A DNA stretch of 64,000 nucleotides from Malacoraja senta. Taxonomy: Eukaryota. The stretch is taken from contig CM075989.1 in assembly GCA_038087875.1 (NCBI GenBank), forward strand, positions 17,362,001-17,426,000, in the 5' to 3' direction. The notes beneath the pieces are model-generated. The model searched no databases. It was not told the origin of the DNA and saw only the letters and a list, made by a program, of their open reading frames with translations. Within the stretch, counting starts at the first letter, position 1; every line of letters begins with the position of its first letter. Position numbers and translations under genes: made by a program. This document shows positions 40,229-53,384 of this stretch, piece by piece.

Positions 40229-41282
40229 CTGCAAATAAAATAGGAAGCAATTGCTATTAAATTACTATTCACTTTAGGCAGAATAGGAACTATTACACAT
40301 TACAAAGAGACCTGTGGCCTTTTAAAAATCAAAACTCATTTCGAGTCATAGAGTCGCGTGGAAACAGGCCCCTCCGCCCAACATGTCCCATCGACACCAG
40401 TCCCACCTGCCTGCATTTGGTCCATATCCCACTAATCCTGTCCAATCCATGTACCTGTCTAAATGTTTCTTAAACGTTGCAACAGTACCCGCCTCAACTA
40501 CCTCCTCCAGCAGCTCATTCCAAACACCTACCTCCCTTTGTGTGAAATAGTTATCCCTCAGGTTCCTATGAAATCTTTCCCCCCTCACCTTAAACCTATG
40601 TCCTCTAGTTCTCGATTCCCCTACTCTGGGCAAGAGACTCCACGAATTACCCGATCTATTCCTCTCATGGAAATTTTTATTCTCAAAAAGTTCCTCATTA
40701 TAAGAATGGTGCAACAGTAGAGTTGCTGCCTTACAGCGCCAGAGACCCGGGTTCGATCCTGACTACGGGTGGTTGTCTGTATGGAGTTTGTACATTCTTC
40801 CCATGACCTGCGTGGGTTTTCTGCGGGAGCTCCGGTTTCCTCCCACACTCCAAAAATGTACAGGTTTGTAGGCTAATATAATTGTAAATTGTCCCTCGTG
40901 TATGTCGGATAGTGTTAGTGTACGGGGAGCACTGGTCAGCGCGGACTCGGCGGCCCGAAGGACCCGTTTCCACACTGTATCGCTAACTAAACAACCACAA
41001 TATTTTACAATTAACAACGGGAAAGCAAATAAACCATGAAGTACACGGTTACATAGAATTATAGATGCAGAATTAATTCAAACATTAAAGCAGAGCTAGA
41101 CATCGATATGGAGAAAGGGCAAGCATAAGGTTTGATATCAATCAGAATGAAACAATAGCTTCTCAAATCTTCAGGCATCTGAAGGCAAATCCTTAGGAGC
41201 AGCCTTGAAACACTCAGTGAAAAATGATTGAAAATATGCTGCACAAATGTAGGAGGTGAAGCAGCCTCTGCTGGGAAACTTA

Positions 41283-42468
41283 AGGGCCTGTCCCACTTTC
41301 ACGACCTAACTCACGACCTCTGAACGAGTCTGCCTTGACTCATACTCGCAGCATGGTCGTCACGAGGTCATAGGAAATAATAATAATAATAATTCATTTT
41401 ATTTACTGGCGCCTTTCTAACACCCAAGGACACCTTACAAGGCATAGAATCACAAAAATACAAAACACATAATCGGAATAAATTAAATATAAAAACACCA
41501 CAGTACACAAATCAAGGACAGAATTCAATTTCAAAAGCACAAAAAAGAAAATAAGAAACACAATTTGAGGAGAGAGCAGCGGCGACCAATTCGCGCCAGC
41601 GTCCACTCTCCCCTCCGACCGCCATCTTGCACACAGACTAACAGGCACAGCACACAAAAATCATCCCCCCACAATAACCACCACTGTGGGGGAAGGCACA
41701 ATGTCCAGTCCCCAACCCCAGTTCTCCCCAGAGTCAGGCCCATCGAGGCCACCACAGTTGCCTCTACGGAGGCCCGATGTTCCTGGCCATCGGGAGAGTC
41801 CACGCAGCGGCTGGAACTGCCGGTTTCCCAACGGAGTCGATGGCACCTGAAGCCGACAGGGCCGCGCCGATTTGGAGCCATGAGGCTCCCGATGTTGGAG
41901 TCGGCGCCGCTGCCCGCGGCTGGTCGCTCCGCAGTCCCGCAGCACGGAGGTGTTGATCTCGGCGGTCAACGCATACCGGAGCTCCAGCGCGTCGATCCAG
42001 CGCGGCGACCCATGCAAGGCATCGCCCTCTACGCTCTCCGATAGCGCTCCAGCGCTGCGCCGCCACCGAAGCTGAAGGTGCTGGGCGGTCCCGGTCAGGA
42101 AACGGCGCTCCATGCCCGCTGGTAGGCCACGAGGACGGGTCGACGAGGCAGCCTGGAGAAAAAGCTGCCTCACCGACCAGGTAGGGACCCAGAAATAGTT
42201 TCCCCCTTACCCCCCCACATTAAAAGTCAAAATCCCCCAAACAAACAAAGAAATAAAAAAAGCTAAAACTAAAGAAAAAGTGAATTTGACGGACGGCTGC
42301 TGTTTAGCAGCCGTTCCTCCAAGATGGCGGCGTAGGTCGTAGCAGACCGTAATGCTAGTCGTAGGTACTCGTGGCATCAAGTAGGTCGGGGCGTTTTTTC
42401 TAGCATGATGAAAATGTCCACGAGTAAAAAAAAGTCGTGAATTAGGTCGTGAAAGTGGGACAGGCTCT
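41283..42468. mobile_element. PIF/Harbinger-type MITE in PARP16 intron 5, split by a nested insertion
   Basis: Same TIR family as 32219; TTA duplicated at 41280-41282 and 42469-42471; single TIR ends of the family also at about 50-63 and 20070-20085. Confidence 0.87.
41375..42330 (-). mobile_element. Non-autonomous retroelement with an L2-like 3' end nested in the MITE
   Basis: Minus-strand 3' end tgtaaggtgtccttgggtgttagaaaggcgccagtaaataaaatg followed by (ATT)n; CpG-rich body; flanked by c(a/g)tagg. Confidence 0.7.
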
Positions 42469-43509
42469 TTAGAAATTGAGATTTCTTGGTCTGGAAATGG
42501 GAATGGGGAAGCACTGACCACTCTAAAATAAACAATTACCCTGCCTGGCTCCCAACAGACCTGCCATTCTTAAAGTCTGGAAAACACCAGCAGCCTTGTT
42601 AAATTATTTAATTACTCATCCATTTGAGAAGAACTTGGCTCTCGATCCCTTGCTCTGCCTCCCTTCAACTCAGATGTGGGAAGAGTAGAGATGGTGGGGG
42701 TACCCTGTGTTCCAGATTTCTTTCCTGATATTTGTAAAATAGTCAATGCGACTCTTTCTTGACACTGAATTCATTCAATGCGACTTTCTCTGAATTCATT
42801 TGAGCATGCATTCCACAGTGGTAAAATTTTGTTTATATATAAAAAATATCAGCAAAAAAAAGTTGACAAAATGTCAGCTTAGGGTCTAACTTTCCGCACA
42901 AGGTATTTCCAGGCTGGAATGAAGTCTAAACGGAAATTTCCATTTGCCAGCATGTTTTAGTTTGAGCTATACAAAAGGAAAAGCCAATTTGACACCGCAT
43001 TTAAGGCCAACAAAATAACACCAAAATAATAGATTAATAAGTTCTAGGAGCAGAATTAGGCCATTCGACCCATCATCTATTCTGCCATTCAATCATGGCT
43101 GGTCTATCTTTCCCTCTCAACCCCATTCTACTGCCTTTGGTCCCATAATCCGACACCATTACTAATCAAAAATCTGTCAATCTTCAAAATATCCATTGAC
43201 TTGGCCTCCACTGCTGTCTGTGGCAATGAATTCCAGATTCACCACCCTCTGACAAAAGAAATTCCTTCTCATCTCCTTTCTAAAGGTACGTCCTCTTATT
43301 CTGAGGCTATGGCCTCTGGTCCTAGACTCTCCCACTAATGGAAACATGCTCTCCACATTCATTCCATCCAGGCCTTTCACTATTCAGTAAGTTTCAAAGA
43401 GGTCCCCCCCTCATCCTTCCAAACTCCAGCGAGTTCTACAAGTTATTACAAAGTATTATCAGAGAGATAAGCAAGTAGTCTACAATTCAAGAAAGGAAGT
43501 TGATTTTAC

Positions 43510-43654
43510 CTTCTTCGGTGGAGTTTCTCAGCATAAATGAGCAAATATTTAACCCTTAGGAGCTGGTTGTTTGTGACCACAAAGTACTTTGGTGGGACAT
43601 TCCCACCTTCGCTGTTTTTCACCCTTGCTCTTCGCCGATCGATGCCACCAGTAT
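43510..43654 (-). CDS. PARP16: PARP16 coding exon 5
   Basis: Acceptor gattccAG, donor AG|GTAAAA; 145 nt; IDRRRARVKNSEGGNVPPKYFVVTNNQLLRVKYLLIY. Confidence 0.96.
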
Positions 43655-44394
43655 CTGGAATCAGGCTAGAATGTTCAGTTACAGGCATTGGAGAACAGGC
43701 ATAAATACATCATTCATTTCACATATCCAAGAAAAATCAGTCAGCTTTCAATGAGTAAATGTTCACCCGTTGCTAGTCATTCTATCCCACTATAATATCC
43801 GGCGAATATTATTTCCACAGGGAAACTGTTGTAATGGTTCAGGGGAGCACACAGTCTGATTCTCATCATTTAAATAATCAAGGAAACCCAAGAAGAAAAA
43901 TTGCTTTGCCTCAACATCTACAAGTCAGAAAGACAGTCAACACAGGAATAGGTGTACGTCTTTTACCCCTCAAATGGTTTCTACCACTCAGTTAGATTAG
44001 AGCTCATCTCTACCTCAACTCCATTTACCCATTTTGCTCCATATCCCACATACCTGTATCCAATAAAAAACTTGTTGATCTACCATGGGAATACAATACC
44101 AGTGTAACATAACTCATTAAGCATTATGCTTTCTATATCACTCCTGCATTGTTTATATCTAATTTTAACTTAATAATAATTTCTTATGAATTCCTAGCCA
44201 GAGGAAACAGTTTTTAACCTCTTTAATCTCATCGATCACCATGAACAATTTACTTTGATCATTTCAGTTTTCAACACCAAAATGTTGATAGCGGGATGAA
44301 ACTAAGTACATAAAAAAGCAGTATTTTTTTCCCCCACGAGTAGAACAGTGATATTTGAACACTAAATTAAATTAAGTTTGAAAATAAATTACAC

Positions 44395-44566
44395 CTTTTT
44401 CTTTAACTTGACATTTAACATCTGGATGATCAATAATCTCACAAACTGCAACGCAGCTAAGGACAGGACCAAGAATGCTCTGATCCCAACCATTTCCATG
44501 AGGGCTGTACAGAAGAGCCAAACTCAGGTCACTGGTAAGGTAGGTTCCTTCCCCAAAGAGCGAAGT
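44395..44566 (-). CDS. PARP16: PARP16 coding exon 4
   Basis: Acceptor cttcatAG, donor G|GTGTAA; 172 nt; [57 protein letters not shown]. Confidence 0.96.
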
Positions 44567-44685
44567 CTATGAAGAGAAAAGCAATTTTTTAATATACTTA
44601 AATCTTAAGAGCTGGTCAGCAAATAAAAATACAACATATGCTTTTTGTAAAATAACATCTTTCAAAAATAATTGGAAAGATGCAG

Positions 44686-45005
44686 TTTAATTTAGTTTAG
44701 AGACACAGCACGGAAACAGGCCCTTCGGCTCACGGGGTCCGCGCCGATCAGCGATCCCCGCACATTAACACTATCCTTTCCCCACTAGGGACAATTTTTT
44801 ACATTTACCAAGCCAATTAACCTACAAACCTGCACGTCTTTGGAATGTGGGAGGAAACCGAAGATCTCGGAGAAAACCCACGCAGGTCACGGGGAGAAAG
44901 TACAAACTCCATACAGACAGCACCGTAATCAGGATCGAACCCGGGTCTCCGGCACTGCCTTCGCTGTAAGGCAGCAACTCTATCGCTGCGCCACCGTGAC
45001 CGCCC
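44686..45005 (-). mobile_element. HE1-type V-SINE, full length
   Basis: Reverse complement of the 28443 element; further copies near 5050, 13210, 14140, 21390, 24760, 26390, 29785, 31965, 33160, 35395, 37045, 40706, 46245, 50605, 54845, 55545. Confidence 0.9.
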
Positions 45006-46731
45006 ATGAGATATATAAGACTTTGGTTTGGTTACATGTGGAGTATTGCGTGCAGTTACGGTCGCCCCATTACAGGAAAGATGTGGAGACCTTGGAGTGT
45101 GCAGACGTAGTTTACCAGAATGCTGGCAGGTTAGGGGGTATTAGCTTTAAGGAGAGGTTGGACAAATGGATTATTAGAACACCACAAGAGGGGAGATCTG
45201 ATAGATATATATAACATTAACAGAGGCATAGAGAGTAGTCAGAACCATTTTTCCAGGTACACAGAGGGTGCTGGGTGCCTAGAGCGCACTGCCAGTGGTG
45301 GTAGTGCATGCAGGCAGATAAGATAGTGCACCTTGAGAGGCTTTTAGATAGACACATGGATCTGCTGGGAATGGCGTGGTATGGATCATTGTGGGCAGAT
45401 AAGGTTAGTTTATTGTGGCACTATGTCTGACTTAGACATTGTGGGCTGACGGGCCTGTTCCTGTGGTGTAGTTTCCTATGTTCTATCTAGACAATTTGCT
45501 TTGTGTTATTTCTCCGTAATTCTAGATTCCTTTACTGGTCTACTTAGGTATTTAGAACTCACCCCTATTCAGGGAATCGGAAAATGTAAGGTTAACTGTG
45601 TCACAATGACAAAGACCAGCAGAACATTAAAAGAAAGTTGCAAGTGAGGGAGGACAAGGCAGAGTGGGATTAAGAGCAGAAGTGGAGCAGAAAAAAAACG
45701 TGAGGAGTAAAGGGCAAAGAGGAGAATACATGAAAGGAACGCACAGGTTGATGGATAGTAGGGGGGAACAGGGGAGGAATGAAGGGAAGGGATCAGGGGG
45801 AAATCAGGCAAGGGAGAAATTATAAAAATTCACAGGCCAGAAAGATACATTTAGAATGCATCAAGTACTTTTGCCTCCAGCACAGCTTCAGGCAATGACT
45901 TTGAAACCTCCAGTACCCTGGAATTGTGTCCTTCCTTGATTCCCCTGTGGTCTCTCAATTTTACAAACCAGTGTCCCCTAGTTTAGTGACTTTTCTAATA
46001 AGAGATGCATGTCCTTTCTAGAGTCCAAGTCAAGATATCCGATAATTTTATGTACAGCAATTAAATCCTTTTCTTAATGACCTACCATTTGCAGAGGATT
46101 TCCTTGCCTTATTTGCCTCCTCCAATTGCATTACTTCACACTTCGCTGGGTTGAATCCCATTTTGTCATTTTTGTGCTCACCTAAATAGCCATTCATCTG
46201 CAACTACAATTTTATTATTCACTGACAAATATACTGCCCATCTTAGGTTTGATCCTGACTACAGGTGCTGTCGGTACGGAGTTGGAACGTTCTTCCTGTG
46301 ACCGTGTGGGGTTTCTCTGGGTGCTCTGGTTTCCTCCCACACTCCAAAGATGTACAGGTTTGTAGGTTAATTGGCTCCGGTAAAAATTGTAAATTGTCCC
46401 TAGTGCATAGGATAGTGTTAGTGTATGGGGATCGCTGGTTGATGTGGTCTCAGTTGGCTGAAGGGCCTGTTACCACGCAGTATCTCCAAAACTAAAAAAG
46501 CTGCTTCACCCACTACCGATGGGTGAACCCTCACATCCCAAAGAGTTAGCCAAGTTAATCATTTTTGATCTGCCTCCAATACAAATATGTTATTTCTTAA
46601 ACTATCCTATATTATAAAAGGAGATTACATGTTTAACCGTCAGTGATATTTCACATTATATTGCTGCTTTATATAAATTATAAATTTGCAACCATGTGAT
46701 CCAACAGATGAATATAATGTAAACTTCTGAC

Positions 46732-46938
46732 CTTATTTAGGTGACACTGTAAACCACAGTGAATTATAGAATAAAAGTTCTCCAGGCGACTGCCATGAAA
46801 TGCATAGATGAGATCTCTGTCTCCTTTGGTTTCGTCAAACTTGGCATTCATCTGGTCACAATAAACTATCTCAAATAGGAAGTCGGGGGTAGCAGCAGAG
46901 GGCGTTGTAAACCCAATGTGTTCCTGGATTTCTTCATA
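46732..46938 (-). CDS. PARP16: PARP16 coding exon 3 (catalytic His)
   Basis: Acceptor gcatttcAG, donor GTCAGA; 207 nt; PDFLFEIVY...[37 protein letters not shown]. Confidence 0.96.
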
Positions 46939-49900
46939 CTGAAATGCAAAAAAAAATCATGTAAACATCACCAGAGCAAAGACACCAAAAAATATTTTTG
47001 CAGATTGATGTTGGGATAACTGGGCAAGATGTGCTGTTTTATTCATTGTTGCAAACACTGCCACAAAAATCGTGAATATAAACAGTAATTTGTGACTAAT
47101 ACTGATATGTGTCCAAGACTCAGTCACATGTTAGGAGGAAATACACTAATGTCAACTGGTACATTACCAGAGGGCACCAGGGGCACTATGCTATCCATCG
47201 AGCCAGAAATGTCCAGAGACTCATGCACAAATCCCCATGTTGGAATTCCAGTGTGATACTGAGGGTGTACTGCATATTGGAGATGTTGCCATGTGCATGC
47301 TGTGTTCAAGCAAGGGTTCTCTTCTAAAGTGCGCCATGCCACTATTTCAAAGAGCAGTATGGGTGATACCTATACTAAACAACACCTAAGCGATGTTTCA
47401 CTTTGTCAATATTTTAAATAAAAAGCTTTGTCACAGAGTCTGGGAGAAGTGCATACATGGAACTGCAGATGCTGGTTTGCAAGAACAGACACAAAGTGCT
47501 GACATGACTCAGAGGGCCAGGCAGCGTCTCTGGAGACCACAGATCGGTGACATTTCGGGTCGGGACCCTTCTTCAGACTGTGAGAACTTATGTGCAAATA
47601 GACCGCTACATGACAACAGTACTTCATTGTCTGAACGGACAAGTTAGATGGTAAATAAATATAGATCTATCTTACTTTTCCAGAGTTCTCTAATCTTTGT
47701 ATACACTCTTTTCAGTCAATGCAAGAGTAAACCTGTAATTGTAAAAAATATTGTGCAGGTGCAGGAAATTGCCAACTTTGTATACTGACTCAGCCCTTGG
47801 AAATATAGAAATACACTAATATAGAAATAAGATAAACAGCAAATGCATCTTCTAAGAAGATCTATTCCTCTTTCACTAAAAACACAAAGTAAATGCAAGG
47901 CACAATAAGTTAAAAAGGGAAAGTGCAGATTATACCTTGAACTCTGGCAGTGTCCTTTCCATGAAGCCCACAAACCAGATACAATCCCTGGCACATACCC
48001 TAATTTCCATTAAACCCATGTTACCTGGGGTAAAAAAAAAAAGACTATTACCCTGACCCTACCAGACTCCCAATTATTACAACTCCAAGAGTATTCTACC
48101 TATAATGACAAGGCTCTTTATCCAAATACAGGGATTAAATTACTCTACCCACCCCAGATGGCTGCGGGAGGGAGTGCAGTGCCTCGACGGTGGAGTGAGC
48201 TGCTGGAGGCCCTGCAGCTCACTCCACTAAATGTACTCTTTATCCTTGATCTGTGCACTGTGGACGGCATGTATAGTCTTTTCTTTGACTGGATACAAGG
48301 CAAACAAAGGACTTTTACTGCACTGCGATACACATTACAATCATGAATTAAACTAAAACTGATGTATAATAAAAGCAGCAAATTAATATAAATAATTTAA
48401 CATATGTTTTACCTCTTAATCCCCAGGTCAAAGATTCCACTTCAAATGCTGGGAATTGTTATCCTATGTTAGGGTCAGCTGACATGGGAACTGGGAGATG
48501 GAGACAGATGAACACAAAATGCTGGAATAACTCAGCACAGTTACTAAACCAGTGTGGAAGTAGGCCCCTTGGCCCAACTTGCCCACACCGGCCACACTAG
48601 TCCCACCTGCCTGCGTATGGTCCATATCCCTCCAAACCTGTCCTATCCATGTACCTATCTAATTGTTTCTTTAATGTTGGGATAGTCCCTGCCTCAACTA
48701 CCTCCTCTGGCAGCTTGTTCCATGCACCCACCACCCTTTGTGTGAAAAAGTTACCCCTCAGATTCCTATTAAATCTTTTCCCCTTCATCTTAAACCAATG
48801 TTCTCTGATCCTCGATTCACATACTCAGGGCAAGAGCATCTACCCGATCCATTCCCCTCGTGATTTTATACACTTCAATAAGATCACCCCTCATCCGGCT
48901 CTCCAAGGAATAGAGTCCCAGCCTACTCAGCCTCTCCCTGTAGCTCAGACCCTCTAGCCCTGGCAACATCCATGTAAATCTTTTCTGTACCCTTTGCAGC
49001 TTGACAACATATTTTCTATAACATGATGCCCAGAACTGAACACAATACTCTAAATGCGGCCTCACCAATGTCTTATACATCTGCAACATGACCTCCCAAC
49101 TTCTATACTCAATACTCTTGACTGATGAATTACTCCAGCATTTTGTGTCTATCTTCAGTGTAAACCAGCATCTGCAGTTCCTACCTACACAGGGGAACTG
49201 GGAGGCCAGCTGCCTAGCACAATGCTGGGAATCCCAATACATCAGGGCTCTGAAACAGAGTGGAGTGACAAAACTGCCAGCCACAGCCTGCTCCATTCAG
49301 TCCCAGATTCACCTCTAAAACAAAGATAGGTCACCTCTCTGGTGCACAATAGTTTTCCTATTTCTGCCTGACCTTTGACTCTTTTCCTCAGTGGAATAAA
49401 TAAAGCAAACAAGGGTAACAAACTACTGCAGTAATTATTTTTCATTACTAAAAATCTTTTTGGCCATTTCAAAATTCCACAACAGCACTGCTGATTTTTT
49501 TTTTTAATTTAGCAGTGTTTTATAAAATTATGACTAGCTCAAAGTAATTCTGCAGTGAGTCACAGCCATATCCAATCAAGCAAGATGATCCAACCCATGT
49601 CTCTACAACTGTTAAGGTATTTGTGTGTGCCTAAGCAGCATATTGTTCACATTGTTCCCTGCTCTAACTGTAGCTCCACAGGCGTGTTTTAATTGGATTT
49701 AATCACATCTTTTAGCCATCTCAAAATGCAAAGACATTATGCCATGAAAAGCTTAATTATGATTCCTTGTGAAATAAACTGATCAAGTTATTCGCAAAAC
49801 ATAAAGTGCTGGACTGTACTCAGCGGGTCAGGCAGCATCTCTGAAGGACATTGATAGGTGACGTTTTGGGTTAGGATCTTTCCCAAATTGAAGATGGGTC

Positions 49901-50315
49901 CCGAGCCAAAACGTTGCCAGACGTTGTCCTCCAGAGATGCTGCCTGACACTCTGAGTTATTCCAGCACTTTGTGTTTTCCGAAGATTCCATCATCTACAG
50001 TTCCTTGTGTTTACTGATCAGGCTATTTATTGTGGGGACATGGCCACTGCAGGCAAGGCAAATATTTAATGACAATCACAGGCTAAACTTAAGATTCCTC
50101 CTTGCCCTGCTGAAATCTGTGTAGTGAAACTACTTATTCAATAGTGGAACTTTAATCAGTGAGAACAAATGATCAGTAACACACGTTCAAATCAGACGGT
50201 GGGTGTCATGAATATTACAGGCATTATGCTTCTACATATTCTTTTCTTAACGTCACTCATTTGCAAAATTGTCTGATGGTTAAATCCATTAAAGAAAATA
50301 TTCCCAGGATCTCAC

Positions 50316-50453
50316 CCCTTCTTTTCCCAAACTTTTGATGGTTAAGTTTTTTGATAAACAGAACCAGCTTAAAAGTTCCAAGGTTCGCTTTTGTGGGACT
50401 GTTCCAGACTGTAGCAGCTGTTTTAAATTTGGCAGATTCCGAGCATCAGCAAG
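50316..50453 (-). CDS. PARP16: PARP16 coding exon 2
   Basis: Acceptor atttcAG, donor GTGAGA; 138 nt; LADARNLPNLKQLLQSGTVPQKRTLELLSWFCLSKNLTIKSLGKEG. Confidence 0.93.
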
Positions 50454-51604
50454 CTGAAATGAGAGATAAACAAAATATAAACATTCTGCACAGGTCTTTC
50501 CATATTATACTGGATCATATACAAGATTGTTTCATCTTTTAAAACATTGTACATTTTGCCCAAAATTGAACCCATAATGAAAGGAGATTAAGGGGAGACC
50601 AGATAGTTTAGTTTTAGTTCAGTTCAGTTGTGTTTAGAGATACAGCGTGTAAACAGGCACCGGGTCTGCGCCAACCAACAATCACCCTGTACACTAGTTC
50701 TATCCTACATTCTAGGGCCAATTTACAGAAGCCAATTAAACTACAAACCTGCGCGTCTTTGGAATGTGGGAGGAAACTGGAGCACCCGGAGAAAACTCAC
50801 ACTGTCACAGTGAGAACGTGCAAACTCCGTACAGACAACATCCGTAGTCAGGATCAAACCCGTGTCTCTGGCACGGTATGGCAGCAACGCTACCGCTGCA
50901 CCACTGTGCTGCCCATAGAAGTGCCACAGATAGAAAGAGAGGCAAAGATAAGGTAGACAGTCAGAACCTTGTCCCAGTAGGGAAAAAACGTCGAATATTA
51001 GCAGGCATAGCGTTAAGGTGAGAGGGGCAAAGTTTAAGAGCGATGTGCTGGGCAAGCTCATTTACACCGAGGATGTTGAGTGCCTTGAACATGATGCCGG
51101 GTGTAGTCGTTGAGGCATATACAAAGTGCATTTAAGTGACTTTTGGATCGGCATATTAATATGCAGGGAATAGAGGAAGATGGATTTTGTACTGGCAGAA
51201 TAGTTGGTCTGCATAGGCATTATGGGCTAAGAGACCTATTTTTGTGTTGTACTGTTCTATGTTTTATGTTTTAACTCAAATGGGCGATTGGAAGGGCCAA
51301 TGGAGCCCCAAAATAGTTTTGCCGAGTCCGATTAAAGAAAATCCCAACCTTTTTTATATGCACTTTAAAAATAAGAGACTAACCAGGGAGAAGGTAGGAC
51401 TGCTCAAGGATCAAGGAGAGAATTTGTGCGAGGCAGAATACTAAACAAATATTTTACAGCTGGATTCAACGAGAAAGACAGGGAGATCAGTGTTGAGTAT
51501 AATTAATATGCAAGACCATATTATTAAGTAGGTGGTGTTCTGGAATTTGAAGAGCATGAATGTGGATTAAAAACCCCGGGCTTGATGGGGACAAGAGCAG
51601 AAAT

Positions 51605-52890
51605 TGGGGGGGGGGGGAGAGTCAGTCAATAATGGGGTCTACTGTAGGGCGATCATAGTAGGGGATGGAGAAAGGGATTGGGTGGGAAGAGTCAGCCAAT
51701 AATGGGGTCTACGGGGAGGTAGCAGGGGGTAAGGGATTGGGGGTAAGGGATGGAGGGGTAAGGGATTGGGGGTAAGGGATTGGGGGTAAGGGATTACGGG
51801 TAAGGGATTGGGGGGGAAGAGTTGGCCAATAATGGGGTCTACGGTGGGGCGATCGCAGGGGGTAAGGGATTGGGAGTAAGGGATTGGGGGTAGGGATTGA
51901 GGGGAAAGTCAGTCAATAATGGGGTCCACGGTGGGGCGATCGCAGGGGGTAAGGGATTGGGAGTAAAGGATTGGGGGTAGGGATTGAGGGGAAAGTCAGT
52001 CAATAATGGGGTCCACGGTGGGGCGATCGCAGGGGGTAAGGGATTGGAGGTAAGGGATTGGGGGTAAGGGATTGGGGGTAAGGGATTGGGGGTGAGGGAT
52101 GGAGGGGTAAGGATTGGGGGTAAGGGATGGAGGGGTAAGGGATGGAGGGGTAAGGGATGGAGGGGTAAGGGATGGAGGGGTAAGGGATTGGGTGTAAGGG
52201 ATGGAGGGGTAAGGGATGGAGGGGTAAGGATTGGGGGTAATGGATGGAGGGGTAAGGGATGGAGGGGTAAGGATTGGGGGTAAGGGATTGGGGGTAAGGG
52301 ATTGGGGGTAAGGGATGGAGGGGTAAGGATTGGGGGTAAGGGATTGGGGGTAAGGGATGGAGGGGTAAGGATTGGGGGTAAGGGATTGGGGGTAAGGGAT
52401 GGAGGGGTAAGGATTGGGGGTAAGGGATTGGGGGTAAGGGATTGGGGGTAAGGGATTGGGGGTAAGGGATGGAGGGGTAAGGATTGGGGGTAAGGGATTG
52501 GGGGTAAGGGATTGGGGGTAAGGGATTGGGGGTAAGGGATTGGGGGTAAGGGATGGAGGGGTAAGGATTGGGGGTAAGGGATTGGGGGTAAGGATTGGGG
52601 GTAAGGGATTGGGGGTAAGGGATGGAGGGGTAAGGATTGGGGGTAAGGGATTGGGGGTAAGGATTGGGGGTAAGGATTGGGGGTAAGGGATTGGGGGTAA
52701 GGGATTGGGGGTAAGGGATTGGGGGTAAGGGATGGAGGGGTAAGGATTGGGGGTAAGGGATTGGGGGTAAGGGATTGGGGGTAAGGGATGGAGGGGTAAG
52801 GATTGGGGGTAAGGGATGGAGGGGTAAGGATTGGGGGTAAGGGAATTGAGGGGAAAGTCAGAATAATGGGGTCTACGGTGGGGCGATCAG
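51605..52890. repeat. G-rich satellite in PARP16 intron 1 (GGGGTAAGGGATTG / GGGGTAAGGGATGGA units with longer higher-order units)
   Basis: About 1.3 kb of directly visible tandem 13-15 nt units; aataatggggtc(c/t)acggtggggcgatc recurs as a longer unit. Confidence 0.95.
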
Positions 52891-52922
52891 TGAGTGGGAC
52901 ACGGCTCCGGGGGGGGACTCAC

Positions 52923-53135
52923 CAAGGCGTCGAAGTCCTTGTTGTCGCCGCTGACGTAGGCGGCGGGGAAGGGCCGGAGCACCGAGTCGCGCCGGTAACT
53001 CTGCAGCGCCGACATGAAGAGGCTGCACTTGAGGTCGGCGGCCCGCAGGTCCCGCCGGAGACACTCCTCCAGCGGCTGCTCGCCCAGGCCCAAGCCCAGG
53101 CCTAGACCCAGGCCCCGGCCGCCCTCGGCCTGCAT
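52923..53135 (-). CDS. PARP16: PARP16 (mono-ADP-ribosyltransferase, ARTD15) coding exon 1
   Basis: ATG at 53135; [44 protein letters not shown] matches the PARP16 N-terminal helical domain; donor GTGAGT; 213 nt, phase 0; CpG island. Confidence 0.95.
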
Positions 53136-53259
53136 GCGGCCTTCCCGCTGAGGCAACTCCGGCAACAAAATATGTTTTGGGCGATTTTTTTTTTGTTGAA
53201 AAAGGAGAAACCGACTTCAAGACGCCGGCATCAGGAAGCCTTCACCACAGGTGTCAACG

Positions 53260-53305
53260 CTTCCGCTTCCGGGTTAGCCGCTTCTTGTTCAGTAACCATG
53301 GTTAC
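53260..53305. promoter_or_regulatory. PARP16 proximal promoter: tandem ETS/GABPA-type sites plus a palindromic X-box-like site
   Basis: CTTCCGCTTCCGG (CCGGAAGCGGAAG on minus) at 53260-53272 and perfect palindrome GTAACCATGGTTAC at 53292-53305, 125-170 bp upstream of the ATG. Confidence 0.6.
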
Positions 53306-53384
53306 AGAGGGAACTGCAACAAAAACAAACTAATTCTCCAGCATTTTGTATTTATCTTCGGTGTAAACCATCTGCATAAGGAGT

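Noticed and set aside
41531..42173. Overlapping 100-170 aa ORFs
   Set aside because: By-products of a GC-rich non-autonomous retroelement.
47109..47342. Possible extra PARP16 exon
   Set aside because: PARP16 is complete and in frame without it, and the translations show no homology.
51605..52890. Telomeric repeat or CRISPR-like array
   Set aside because: Units are not TTAGGG and there are no unique spacers; it is a simple G-rich satellite in a vertebrate intron.
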